Positions 1 to 16,154 of a stretch of DNA of 64,000 nt are shown piece after piece. Origin of the DNA: the human T2T-CHM13v2.0 reference genome, Homo sapiens. Positions within the stretch are counted from its first letter, which is position 1. Every line of letters starts with the position of its first letter. The DNA lies in the NCBI RefSeq assembly GCF_009914755.1, contig NC_060928.1. One strand, given 5' to 3'. The notes below the pieces were generated by a model. It was not told the DNA's origin and did not search any database. It saw only the letters and a list, made by a program, of their open reading frames with translations. The position numbers and the translations under genes are program-made.

Positions 1-1297
1 ATCTACCTGATTCCTTTAGCCTTATATACTATATTCTGACTACACTTAAACTTACCTATCTGATTTCTTTAGTCTTGTATACTATATCCTAGCTAAAGTT
101 ACCTATTATTGTCCTGCTATGTCACCAGATAGACCTTAGTACTATATATGGCACAACAATTTCTTACTTTCCTTAAAATTTAAAAATATCAAATTGGTAT
201 GTAGACATCTAGCAACATGATTTTTAAAGATATATACTTATCTTGATTTTATCCAGCTCTCATTATATGAACAATAGCTGATAATCTGTTACTTATAAGG
301 CATCTATGATCCAAGTCTTAGTCTATAATCTGAGACATTTTATTGTTAAAGTGTTTATAAATCCTGAGGCTGGATGTAAGAAGCTAAAATTAAAAGTGCT
401 AGAAAAAAACCTAATACTTTTTTTCTTAACATTTGAAGAAGTATAGATAAAAGAGCTCCAAGCAGAGACAAAAGAAGAACTAAAGTGATCAAAGTCAGAA
501 GAGCAATGTTTGCCATCTGCCTTCCAGATTTATTATGGGTGCGCCTTATGACTAACTCGTGGGTTTATGTGGGATGTTATTGTGAAAATCACTATAAGAT
601 ATATAACATGAGCGAATGGAAAAGCAGAAGGCTATTCAAACACATTTGAGCTATAGTCCTTTAGTAACAGCTGGCTCATTTTACAATTTTTTTATTTCAG
701 ACAGGGTAATATCCTGGTGGCAAAAATCCAAAACCAGTATAAATTTCTTTCACTTTATAAAAAGCTTTTCTTTAACAACTATAATATGAAACAATAGGTT
801 TTGATTTTGTGATGCAATATTAAATTGCCTCAATCAGATATAAGTATGTTTGGATAATTCTAGTATATAACTTTTGTGTGCTTGCACATTTTTTATCATC
901 AGAGATATTTTCTAAAATTATTAAATATTACATTTAAAATAGTTAACTGATTATGTGCTACAACTTTCAGAATACACAGAAATATAAATAATTTTAGGAC
1001 CAGGCCAGTTATTAAACTATTCATTAGTTTAAACTCTAACTAGACACAATTATGATTCTTCTTCTTTGGGATTTTTTTAACCGAGGAATTAATGTTTAAT
1101 ATTGTAGTGAATGTTCATAGGAAAGTAAGATATATTTATATAATCTTTAAGTGCAAGCTTTGATTGAAATATTTTATCTATGTATACATATGCACAAATT
1201 CCAAAGGTAAAGCTTCATACATTTTCGCAGTGTGAATGCACCTGTTTAACCTATACCCAGATATAGCAGTCTAGAAGTTCCTCTTACACACATTTGT

Positions 1298-1520
1298 TTT
1301 TTTTTTTTTTTTTTTTTTTTTTGAGATAAGAGTCTTGCTCTGTTGCCCAGGCTGGAGTGTAGTGGTGTGATCTTGGCTCACTGCAACCCCTCTGCCTCTG
1401 GATTAAAGTGATTCTCCTGCCTCAGCCTCCTGAGTAGCTGGGATTACAGGCGTGCACCACCATGCCTGGCTAATTTTTGTATTTTTAGTAGAGACGGCGT
1501 TTCACCATATTGGACAGGCT
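1298..1520 (-). mobile_element. 5'-truncated AluS-type SINE
   Basis: Poly-T run, then Alu right arm (gagtcttgctctgttgcccaggctggagtg), middle linker (taatttttgtatttttagtagagac) and part of the left arm; no TSD seen. Confidence 0.93.
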
Positions 1521-1701
1521 TTTTAATAACTCAGTACCTTCACTTTCATCAAGAATAACCACTAACAATTGTATATTAAAAAATTATTTCAAAATCAAAT
1601 TTTCTGGAGTTTCTTTTTCTAGTAAGCAAAGCATCTCTTTATCATATGAAAATGGACTGAGAGCATATGTTAGAGTTTGAAAGTAGTTTACCATATGCCG
1701 A

Positions 1702-4365
1702 CTGTAGTGTTAAGTCATAAATGTCCTCAAATCCTTTGACACTCCTCCCATCAAAAGGTGAAATCTATGTTTCCTTCCCTTGAATCTGGATGGACTTTTG
1801 ACTATTTAGGAAGAAATGCTGAATGCCTTCAGAGGCTAAATCAGATAGAGCTTCTACCCGATGGTTTTTGAAAGTTCACACTAAAACACAGCCTTCAACC
1901 TCTGATAGCCTAGCAGCCATATGAATAGGCCATATAGAGATGCTCCAGCCAATAGCACTAGATGGGGTTCCAGATGATAGTCAGCATCACTTCAAGATAA
2001 GTGAAGGGAGAGAACTTTGTGGCGAAGCCAGCCCAGCGTCCACCTGACTATAAAACTTGTGAGATCCTGGGTGAGAATCACCTAGTTGAACCCACTCGAC
2101 CCTTAGGAATATGAAAGGTTATAATAAAATGTATGTTACTACTTTTTTTGGGTGATCTGTTACTAAGCAATAGTAACTAAACCAATTTTTGTATTTGAAA
2201 GTGCTGTAACAAAAATGCACAACTCGTGTCATTGGCTTTGGAACAAGACAAGAATGAAAGGTATCCAGGAGTGTTTCGGGGAAAGTTTAGGGTTGTGAGG
2301 AGAGGGTAAGCAGAAGTCTAAAGGGCATCAGGAGTATATGGGGGCTTGAAGGAAGATAACAAAATATTCTGTAAAACTAGAAGAGGACCCTCATTTGGCA
2401 AAGAATTTGGTGACGCTGACATGTGTGGTAACAAGAAAATAGGAAATGTAACTAAAGGACTTGAGAGCACAACTACGCTGATTTTCAGGCAGACTATTAA
2501 AGGTACCACTTGACTTTCTAGCTGACTATACTCAAATGTGAGAAGAGAGAGGAAAGTTAAAAAAAGGAACTCTGCAGTTTTCAAAAAATATTGAAAAGAT
2601 TTGTATAAGAGATACAGTTTGCTCAATTAAAAACATTAAAGTGTTTCTCGTTGCTTTTTGGATGGTACATATGTTTCAAGTTAAAAAAATCATAATAAAA
2701 CGCGTTCCATGCCACATCCAGAGCAGGACTGTTAGGTGCTTTGTGAAGACCTCAGAGAAATATAAGGTGGCACCTCATAGAAACTTTTAGAAAGATAAAA
2801 GGCCTTCTAAGGCTCTTAAGGGCATGTCTTGCAAATCCTCTTCATTAACATCAGAACCTCTAAGAATCTCGAGGACGTTGTCCTGCACGTTTTACTGGAG
2901 CCCCAGTGAAGAAGGGCATGTGTGGTATCAATTGATAGTTTTTTATTTTGCATAAAGAAGTGAACTCCAGTAAGATTGATAGAAAACACACAAAGTTTTT
3001 AAGATATTGTTTCTTTTGGAAACACTGCCAACATGGACTTAAAAGAAAATAGAGTGTACAGGTTTAAAATAAATTTTTGCACTTCCAACATTTCTGGACA
3101 CTGAGTAAGCTGCGAAGAGTACCCAGCTGCAAGCTTGGTTTCCTGATGAAGAAAAGATAGTTGTTTCAAAGTGTTGAATCAACAGCTCAGAAATGAAGCC
3201 AAGAGCCATGAAGGATCATTCCCAGGGAACAGTACTAGGGCCCTATAAAAAAAATCTAGCAGAGGCCGGGCGGGGTGGCTCACGCCTGTAATCCCAGCAC
3301 TTTGGGAGGCCGAGGCGGGTGGATCACGAGGTCAGGAGATCGAGACCATTCTGGCTAACACAGTGAAACCCCATCTCTACTAAAAATACAAAAAAAAAAA
3401 AAAAATCTAGCAATATGTGCCCAGCTAGGTCTCTGAATTGCTGCACGCCAGTAACTGCTGCACTCATTCTGGTTCCCACTTTTTGAATAGCAGTGTCTAT
3501 TACTATAATGACACTATTGTATATGAAATTTGCATAGGGCAGATAACTTGTCTTTTTTAGTTCATAGGCTGTTAAGTTGAGAGGAATATTGTCAGGGGAG
3601 TTGTTCTCAGCAAACCCAAACCATCAGCCTCATTTAATCTTGGATTTGATTTAAATGACAAGATCGTGGACCTCAAACTGTGTCTGGTGACAATGATAGG
3701 ATGAGACTTTAGATGAGTCCTAGGTCTTAATTCCGTCTGTCACTATTACATCAATTTAATTGGCTAAAAGCTGCAGCTTTCTCAGGAGGTCAAAATCCTT
3801 GTTTGGAAGTAAAGATTATTAGGCATATGAATTGATTTTGCATTATGTAAGATGACAAGTAAATGTTACCTCATCTGGATTCCTGATTTTTTTAATATAG
3901 GAGGAATGTGAATAATTTGTTGATTTATTACATGTCCCTCAAATACATGTATTTGATGTTCCTCCCTTGAAGAGGTGGGGATTTTTGTTCTTTCCTCTTG
4001 AATCTTGGTGGGTTTGTGACTATGGAAGGAAAGATATTATATAATTTCTTTCTGGCTCTCTCAAAGCACATTGACCTTGCTATAAAGAAGCCAGGCAGCC
4101 ACTTGAAGTAGCTGCAAGTAGAGGTCCTATTTGATGATTGTGGAAGACGTGCCAGCTGACAGCATCAACCACTAGGGAGGAAGCCTCTGTAGTTACATGA
4201 GCACCAGACATCATCTACTGTAGCTGCATGAAAATTCCTGAGTCAAGAACCACCTAGCTGAGCCGAGTCAAGCATTGGAACCATAAGAAACAATAAGAAA
4301 ATAACTACTATTGTTTTAAGCCACTGTTTTGGGGTTATCTGTTGCAGAACAATAGTAGCTAGACA
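1702..4365 (+). mobile_element. Degenerate MaLR provirus (MLT1F/G/H-like): LTR ~1702-2185, internal ~2186-3900, LTR ~3900-4365
   Basis: Two related segments share 'ttgac/tgatg..ctccc..aggtg..ttgaatct(t)gg..gtgactat' and end 'ggg(t/g)..atctgtt..caatagta(a/g)cta'; the first is followed by a MaLR-internal-like start (gtgctgtaacaaaa..ggctttggaac). Confidence 0.7.
3264..3405 (+). mobile_element. AluY/Sc-type left monomer only, with A tail and TSD
   Basis: ggccgggc..cacgcctgtaatcccagcactttgggaggccgaggcgggtggatcacgaggtcaggagatcgagacc..ctactaaaaatac(A)n; TSD aaaaaaaatctagca at 3247-3261 and 3398-3412. Confidence 0.92.
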
Positions 4366-7049
4366 CTAGATGATATATGAGAATTGAGCTCAATTTAAAT
4401 AAGTATAAATAAGTTTAAAACAGCAAATGAGGCTAACTGCTGTTTACCAACAATTCAATATTTCTGATAGTACATTTGATCTTCTGGAGTATTATTCTCT
4501 TTTGTATCAGGGACTTTATGATTATCAGATAATTACAAAAGTTAATCAAAATGCTTTTGACATAGTTGTTGATCTTATTTAGAAATCCAGGTCAAATGGA
4601 ACTTATTTTCCCATATATTTGAGAATTCTTCCTTCCTAAGCAAGTATTTTGGAAGATAAAGTCTTTATAAAAAGGGTATGTGTGGTGGGAGGGTGCTATA
4701 ATGCTGTGGAACTATCCCAGAATCTTTAAATCTCCTTATGTACTTTGAATCTGTTTGGATCCTGAAACATATTGTTTTAAAATGTTGCTTAGTATCAGTA
4801 TTTTAACCTGGGGTTCACTAAGAGATTATTTTTAAAAGTTGTTTAACTTGTCTCATGTTTCTAATATATAAGCTCTTTTTTTTCAGTGATAGTTTGATCT
4901 ATGCAAATGAAGATACCAACTTCACTTTGCTAGTGTTTTAGAAGGTCACCAGTGCTTTGTGTTCAAATAGCTTATTATTCTGTATTCCCAGAAAATGCTT
5001 TCTTTCTTTTGTAAATTGACTGTTAACAAGGAGTTTATAAACCATTTTAATTAATAAATCAGTGTTTTCCTCTGTGAACTAAATGCACATTCATGTAGGT
5101 GGAGAGAATAGTAAGCTCTACTTCAAAGGCAGTCAGGATTTCACCTACAACAGTAATCTGGTCTTAAAACCTCATTTAAGCTTTATCTGGCATTACAAAA
5201 GCTCAAAATCTTATAGACTGCTTTCAAGTAGAAAGTAATGGGATTTCAATTTTGCTACCTAGATTTCTTAGTGATGCTTGAAGAGTTTGATTTAACCAGA
5301 TCAATGAATTAAGGGGTTGAAAAAGTAAGCACAAGGAATGAATTCTGTATGTGTATTCTGGGATATTTTATAGAAAAAAATTAATAGTATTTATTGCTAA
5401 TGAAAATAGAAGAATAATTTGATTTAAATCTTAACATGAGTCACTGGAGAAGATAATTTGCTGACAGGTTTAAATACCTTGGGAATAATTTCCTGAGGGG
5501 AGTTGTAAAACAGCTTTCCCCGGAAGTTAGCAGTTCTTATGAAATTACACAGGTAAAATACTAAATGCAAAGAAATGTCTATACTCAGAGCTCATTTAAG
5601 GTTTTGAATTGTGTTTATTCATATTGCATTTAATAAACTTTTGAAAATCCATGCTCCCTTTTACGTATTTGTAAGTTTCAACTGAAGTTTTTCATTGCGA
5701 TTTTACATAGTTTTCATGCATGTAATTTTTGGCATGTTGTAAATGTTGACATTGAAAAGTAAAACTGTGACACCATTTTTAAAAATGCAGGCAATAGAAT
5801 CTAAATTCCACATTGATTTGATATCTACCACAATTCAGGTTGAAAAAAAATATGTGACAGCTTTTTATTAACATTCAGAATTTTGCATTTTCATTTTGTC
5901 CTTGCAAGAAAGTCATGAAGCATTACATATATTTTGGGATTTAGATAACATAATTATAATGAATACACAATTAATCAAATACATTAAGTGTTTTGTAAAG
6001 TTTAATAAATAACCAAGGCAAAAAGTAAAATTATATTCGAACTGAATATTTTAATGAGACAAATCCTGATCAATATTTCTCATGTATTTGATAAAGGGGA
6101 AATTTAAAATTCATAAGCACAAATTAATCCACTGACTAGCCTGCAGTTTTACTTTTTGTTTATAGAAAGTATAAAATATTAAATAGTTTAAATTACAAAA
6201 TAAGATTAGGAGGAACTGATTAGACTATTTTATGATATTATTTGTTAAAATAAATGTCAGCTATGTTCTTGAATAACATTAATTTGAAAAAAAAAGTTAC
6301 ACAAATGTTTTATCCTTGAGTTTTATTCAATCTACCTTAAAAAGTATTTTTTTCCAGTAATGCGTTTTTCTATTTAGAAGAAACAGTATCAATATTCTGT
6401 ATGGTTTTAGCTGTTTGAAGGTGTATTGCTCCTCATATTTGTCCTAATAATGAGTAGTAAGAATAATTTAAAATAATTGGTAATCTGTTAAAATATGTAT
6501 ACACATGTGTGTGCTTAAATCCGATGCCCTCTGCTTTGCTCTCTCATGACTATCTCTAAAGAAGGAAACATTATTTTTAAAACAGTGGAAAATGAATAGG
6601 GAAAATTGCTAAATTAAAGTCGCTTTTATTTGTGTTACAGAACTTTGCCGTATATCCCATTTTGAGGTAAACACTAACAGAAAGATGCATAAAAGAGACA
6701 AATAAATGCCCTATAGATTTATGGTAAGATGGTTATATATTAAAAGAAATTTCTTGGTTGGGCAATCTAAAAGTATTTCTATCTTGAGAAAATGAGCCAT
6801 AATAAGATTTCAAATGGCCGAGGGGTATGTGTACGTATGAAAAGGGCTACTTTGAACTCAGCTCAGGGTTCAAGTGTGGGATACATATATTGCTGTCAGT
6901 TAGCTTTCTTTTGCAGACAAGGGCAAAGATGACAGAAATCTGAAAGAAGGGAGTGGTAGGAGTCCTTAAGTGGCAGGTTGAAAGAAGAATGAGTTAGGAT
7001 GTAAATTCAGCAAGTTATGTGTGGGAGGTAGGGAGTGAGAAGTCATGCT

Positions 7050-7250
7050 TTCTTAGTGTCTCACTTGACAGACTGAAAAAGGGGTGGTCCCATAAATAGA
7101 GATTGAGAATTCTTGGCATAATAAATTTGGGGGACAGATGACTTCTGTTTTGAACACCAGGACCTCGAGTTAACTTTGAAATATCATGTTAATATAATCA
7201 GCATTTACTTGGTGTCTGAAATTTGGAGGAAATGTATCAACTGGAGACAT
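7050..7250 (-). mobile_element. L2 LINE fragment (reverse orientation)
   Basis: Ends in tgtctgaaatttggagg..ctggagacat, the reverse complement of the L2 motif at 7264-7301; left boundary approximate. Confidence 0.5.
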
Positions 7251-7810
7251 GACTCTTAAATCTATGTCTCCAGCTCATACTCCTCCCCAGAATTTCAGAC
7301 ATATTGAAGGGGACACTGGAAGTGGGTGTGAAAGGGGTGCAATGCAGTGGAAGACAAATATCAACCCGTCTTCTTTGGAGATCTGGTTATATATCTCTAG
7401 TTTCTACCATAACTCTGCATTCAGATTCCCTGACCTTGACTTAAGTGTAAAAATCTTAAAATTGAATCTGTTATTCTTTCACCACTTCCTCTACTGTGTT
7501 CCTTTCATCAGTTATGCTTGTTCTTCCAGTTATCAAGGCTAAAATATCTTTGTTAATCCATTGCATTGCCTTCTGCCTCCTTCTCATATTAAATCAGACA
7601 TTATGATTGAGCCTGTTTTACATTATCTTGCTTTTTCAGTAACTTCACGCCTCATTTCCCCCCTTTTTTTTCTAATGAACTGTCATTCATTCATTTTCCC
7701 TATTTACCACAAGAAACATTACCTCCATATTTGTTTTTCTAGGAAAACATTATAATCATGTCATTTTCTGATTTAAGAACATTTTAATGAGTCCATTTCC
7801 TTCTGGTGAT
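7251..7810 (+). mobile_element. L2 LINE fragment (ORF2 end / 3' region)
   Basis: gactcttaaatctatgtctccagctc..ccagaatttcagac resembles the L2 consensus gactcccaaatctatatctccagccc; pyrimidine-rich L2-like continuation. Confidence 0.6.
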
Positions 7811-8176
7811 TATTTAAAAACCTCTCCACCTACTAACTCAAAAATTACTGTGGATGAGTTAATTCTCAAAATATGTGCAAGTTCTCTTTTGTGTGAATGA
7901 AAACTTGAAAATATAAATATTTCAAATTTACTTGTCTTTATTTTTTTTTCTTTTTTTAAAATTTTATTATTATTATACTTTAAGTTTTAGGGTGCATGTG
8001 CACAACGTGCAGGTTTGTTACATATGTATACCTGTGCCATGTTGGTGTGCTGCACCCATTAACTTGTCATTTAGCATTAGGTGTATCTCCTAATGCTATC
8101 CCTCCCCCCTCCCCCCACCCCACAACAGTCCCCAGAGTGTGATGTTCCCCTTCCTGTGTCCATGTGTTCTCATTGT

Positions 8177-12022
<3,846 letters not shown>

Positions 12023-12070
12023 TTATTTTGCTCGTTAGTTGATGCAGTTTCTTTCTAGCCTCGATGGTCT

Positions 12071-13087
12071 TTACAATTTGGCATGATTTTGCAGTGGCTG
12101 GTACCGGTTGTTCCTTTCCATGTTTAGTGCTTCCTTCAGGAGCTCTTTTAGGGCAGGCCTGGTGGTGACAAAATCTCTCAGCATTTGCTTGTCTGTAAAG
12201 TATTTTATTTCTCCTTCACTTATGAAGCTTAGTTTGGCTGGATATGCAATTCTGGGTTGAAAAATCTTTTCTTTAAGAATGTTGAATATTGGCCCCCACT
12301 CTCTTCTGGCTTGTAGAGTTTCTGCCGAGAGATCCGCTGTTCCTCTGATGGGCTTCCCTTTTTGGGTAACCCGAGCTTTCTCTCTGGCTGCCCTTAACAT
12401 TTTTTCCTTCATTTCAACTGTGGTGAATCTGACAATTATGTGTCTTGGAGTTGCTCTTGTCGAGGAGTATCTTTGTGGCATTCTCTGTATTTCCTGAATC
12501 TGAATGTTGGCCTGCCTTGCTAGATTGGGGAAGTTCTCCTGGATAATATCCTGCAGAGTGTTTTCCAACTTGGTTCCATTCTCCCCGTCACTTTCAGGTA
12601 CACCAATCAGACATAGATTTGGTCTTTTCACATAGTCCCATATTTCTTGGAGGCTTTGTCTGTTTCTTTTTATTCTTTTTTCTCTAGAGTTCTCTTCTCG
12701 CTTCATTTCATCCATTTCGTCTTGCATCACGGATACCCTCTCTTCCAGTTGATCGCATCGGCTCCTGAGGCTTCTGCATTCTTCACGTAGTTCCCGAGCC
12801 TTGGCTTTCAGCTCCATCAGCTCCTTTAAGGACTTCTCTGCATTGGTTATTCTAGGTATCCATTCGCCTAATTTTTTTTCAAAGCTTTTAACTTCTTTGC
12901 CATTGGTTTGAATTTCCTCCTGTAGCTCGGAGTAGTTTGATCACCTGAAGCCTTCTTCTCTCAACTTGTCAAAGTCATTCTCCATCCAGCTTTGTTCCAT
13001 TGCTGGTGAGGAGCTGCATTCGTTTGGAGGAGGAGAAGCACTCTGCTTTTTAGAGTTTCCAGTTTTTCTGCTGTGTTTTTTCCCCAT
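12071..13087 (-). pseudogene. L1 ORF1p (338 codons) with a premature TGA at codon 49
   Basis: ATG at 13087 (MGKKHSRKTGNSK) is in frame with the 248-aa ORF ending 12071; TGA at 12943-12941 where the consensus has CGA (CpG decay). Confidence 0.93.
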
Positions 13088-14120
13088 CTTTGTGGTTTTA
13101 TCTACTTTTGGTCTTTGATGATGGTGATGTACGGATGAGTTTTTGGTGTGGATGTCCTTTCTGTTTGTTAGTTTTCCTTCTAACAGACAGGACCCTCAGC
13201 TGCAGGTCTGTTGGAGTTTGCTAGAGGTCCACTCCAGATCCTGTTTGCCTGGGTATCAGCAGTGGTGGCTGCAGAACAGCAGAGGCTGTAGAACAGCGGA
13301 TATTGGTGATCCACAAATGCTGCTGCCTGATCGTTCCTCTGGAAGTTTTGTCTCAGAGGAGTACCCGGGCTGTGTGAGGTGTCAGTTCTGCCCCTACTGG
13401 GGGGTGCCTCCCAGTTATGCTGCTCGGGGGTCAGGGACCCACTTGAGGAGGCAGTCTGCCCGTTCTCAGATCTCCAGCTGTGTGCTGGGAGAACCACTAG
13501 TCTCTTCAAAGCTGTCAGACAGGGACATTGAAGTCTGCAGAGGTTACTGCTGTCTTTTTGTTTGTCTGTGCCCTGCCCCCAGAGGTGGAGCCTACAGCGG
13601 CCGGCAGGCCTCCTTGAGCTGTGGTGGGCTCCACCCAGTTTGAGCTTCCGGCTTTGTTTACCTAATCAAGCCTGGGCAATGGCTGGCGCCCCACCCCCAG
13701 CCTGGCTGCCACCTTGCAGTTTGATCTCAGACTGCTGTGCTAGCAATCAGCTAGACTCCGTGGGCATAGGACCCTCCAAGTCATGTGCAGGATATAATCT
13801 CCTGGTGTGCCGTTTTTTAAGCCCGTTGGAAAAGCTCAGTATTAGGGTGGTAGTGACCCGATTTTCCAGGTGCCATCTGTCACCCCTTTCTCTGACTAGG
13901 AAAGGGAACTCCCTGACCCTTTGCGCTTCCTGAGTGAGGCAATGCCTCGCCCTGCTTCGGCTCGTGCCCAGTGCACTGCACCCACTGTCCTGCACCCACT
14001 GTCTGGCACTCCCTAGTGAGATGAACCTGGTACCTCAGATGGAAATGCAGAAATCACCCATCTTCTGCGTCGCTCACACTGGGAGGTGTAGACTGGAGCT
14101 GTTCCTATTCAGCCATCTTG
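13088..14120 (-). promoter_or_regulatory. L1 5'UTR with sense and antisense internal promoter; YY1 site at 14112-14120
   Basis: GC-rich L1PA 5'UTR; CAAGATGGC YY1 motif at the extreme 5' end; many CpGs decayed to TG/CA. Confidence 0.75.
13679..13933 (+). CDS. L1 antisense ORF0 homolog, open, 84 aa (expression unknown)
   Basis: gcaATGg context; MAGAPPPAWLPPCSLISDCCASNQLDSVGIGPS..VTRFSRC matches the recalled primate L1 ORF0 sequence; lies inside track ORF 13562-13933. Confidence 0.75.
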   Translation: MAGAPPPAWLPPCSLISDCCASNQLDSVGIGPSKSCAGYNLLVCRFLSPLEKLSIRVVVTRFSRCHLSPLSLTRKGNSLTLCAS

Positions 14121-15949
14121 TTACTTGTCTTTAAAGTAGGGAAAATATAGGACTCATCTTCAGACCAATATTTGTCATAAAAATAGATGTAAAAATATTC
14201 AACAAAATATTAGCAAATTGAATTCAGCATTGTATAAAAAGGATTATACACCAGGATCAAGTGAGATTTATTCCAGGCATGAAATCTGGTTCAGTAACTT
14301 AAAATCAATTATTATAATTCATTATATAAACAATATAAAGAAGAAAAGTCATATGATCATATTAGTAAATACAGAAAAGCATTTGTCAAAATTTATCACC
14401 CATTCCTAATTTTGTAAAAAAGTCAGCAAACTAAGAATAGAAAAAGCATTCTAAAATTGATAAAGAAGATCTACAAAATATTGCAGTTAACATTATATTC
14501 ATTAGTGAAAAACTAGGTGTTTTATGCTAAATCAGGTACCAGTCCAGGACGTCTCAATTCATGACTTCTATTCAACATTTTACTGGCAGTCCTAGTTGAT
14601 ACATTAACATAATAAAATAAAATAACATGCATATGTCTTAGAAAGGAAAAAATAAACATGTCTTTGTTCACAGATGGCACAACTGTACATGCCAAAAAAT
14701 ACAAAAAATCTACAAAAAATCCTCTTATAACAAATAAAAATTATAAGAAGGTGGCGAGATAGGTCAATATAAAAAATCAATTATTTTTGTCTATATCAAT
14801 AATAAACAACTAGCATTTGAAGTTAAAAACACAAGATTATTTTAATTAGCATCTAAAAATATTTAGAAATAAATATGACAAAATATGTGCAAAATCTATG
14901 TAAGAAAAGATATCAACTCTGATGAAAGAAATCAAAGATCTAAATAAATGGTAATATATTCCTATTCATGGACAGGAGAATCAAATATTAAGCTGTCAGT
15001 TTTTACCAGCCTGATCTATGGCTTGAATGCAATCCCAATAAAAATCCCAGTACGTTATTTTGTGGATATCAACAAATTGATTCTAAATTTTGTATGGAAA
15101 GACAAAAGACTTAGAATAGCCAACATAATATTAAAGTATAATAACATAGTTGGAGGACTGATACAAGCTGATGCCAAGACTACCATAAAGCTACTGTAAT
15201 CAAGAAAATGTGTTGTTGACAAAATAATAGGCAAATAGATAATTAAAAGAGAAGAGAGAGCCCAGACATAGACCCACATAAATGTAGGGAACTCATCTTT
15301 GAAAATGGGTCAAGGACAATTCAATGAAGAAAGAATAATTTAAAAAAAATGTTATTTGCAGACCTTACCTTTTTCACAAAAAGCAACTCAAAATTTCTCA
15401 TAGACCTAAATGTAAAGTGCAAAACTTTAAAACCTTCTGTAAGATAATGGTAAGAAATACACTTTACCTTAGTTATGGCAATGAGCTTTTAGATACAGCA
15501 CCAAAAGCTTACTCCATAAAAGAAAAAAAAGAATAAATTTTGCATCATTAAAATTTTAAAAGTCTTTTCCTCAGAGTGAGACACTGTTAAGAGAATATAA
15601 AGACAGCCACAGACTAGGAAAAAAATTGCAACTCACATCTGTTAAGTAACTGATATCCAAAATATAGAGAGGTCTTAAAACTCAACAATAGGAAAACAAC
15701 TCAATTATAAACTGGGAAAATATGTGCACAGATATCTCACTAAAGAAGATATACAGATAAAAAAATCATATGATAAAATGGTCAACATTATACATCATTA
15801 GGGAATTGCAAGTTAAGACAACAATTAGATACTACTACATGACTATGAGAATGGCTGAAATCCAAAACACTAAGAGCAGCAAATGCTAACAAAAATGTGT
15901 AGCAACAGCAAATTTTTTAGAGTCTAAATGATTATTTTTGTATTTTTTG

Positions 15950-16100
15950 TGTTTTTATTTTTTACCATAATGGGTACATAAAATTTGTATATATTTATGG
16001 GGTGTGTGAGATGTTTTCACACTGACATACAATGTATAATGATCAATTCAGGGTAATCGGGATATCCATCACCTCAATCATTTATCTTTTCTTTGCCAAA
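15950..16100 (-). mobile_element. L1MA-type 3' end fragment
   Basis: tttgtatatatttatggggt..catacaatgtataatgatcaa..gggatatccatcacctcaa matches L1MA 3' ends in reverse. Confidence 0.6.
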
Positions 16101-16154
16101 AGGGTGACTATAGTTAAAGAAAGCTTTTAAAAATTGCAGTTGAAAATGAAAAAT

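Noticed and set aside
2318-2626. 102-aa minus-strand ORF
   Set aside because: Antisense to the MaLR internal region, no recognisable domain
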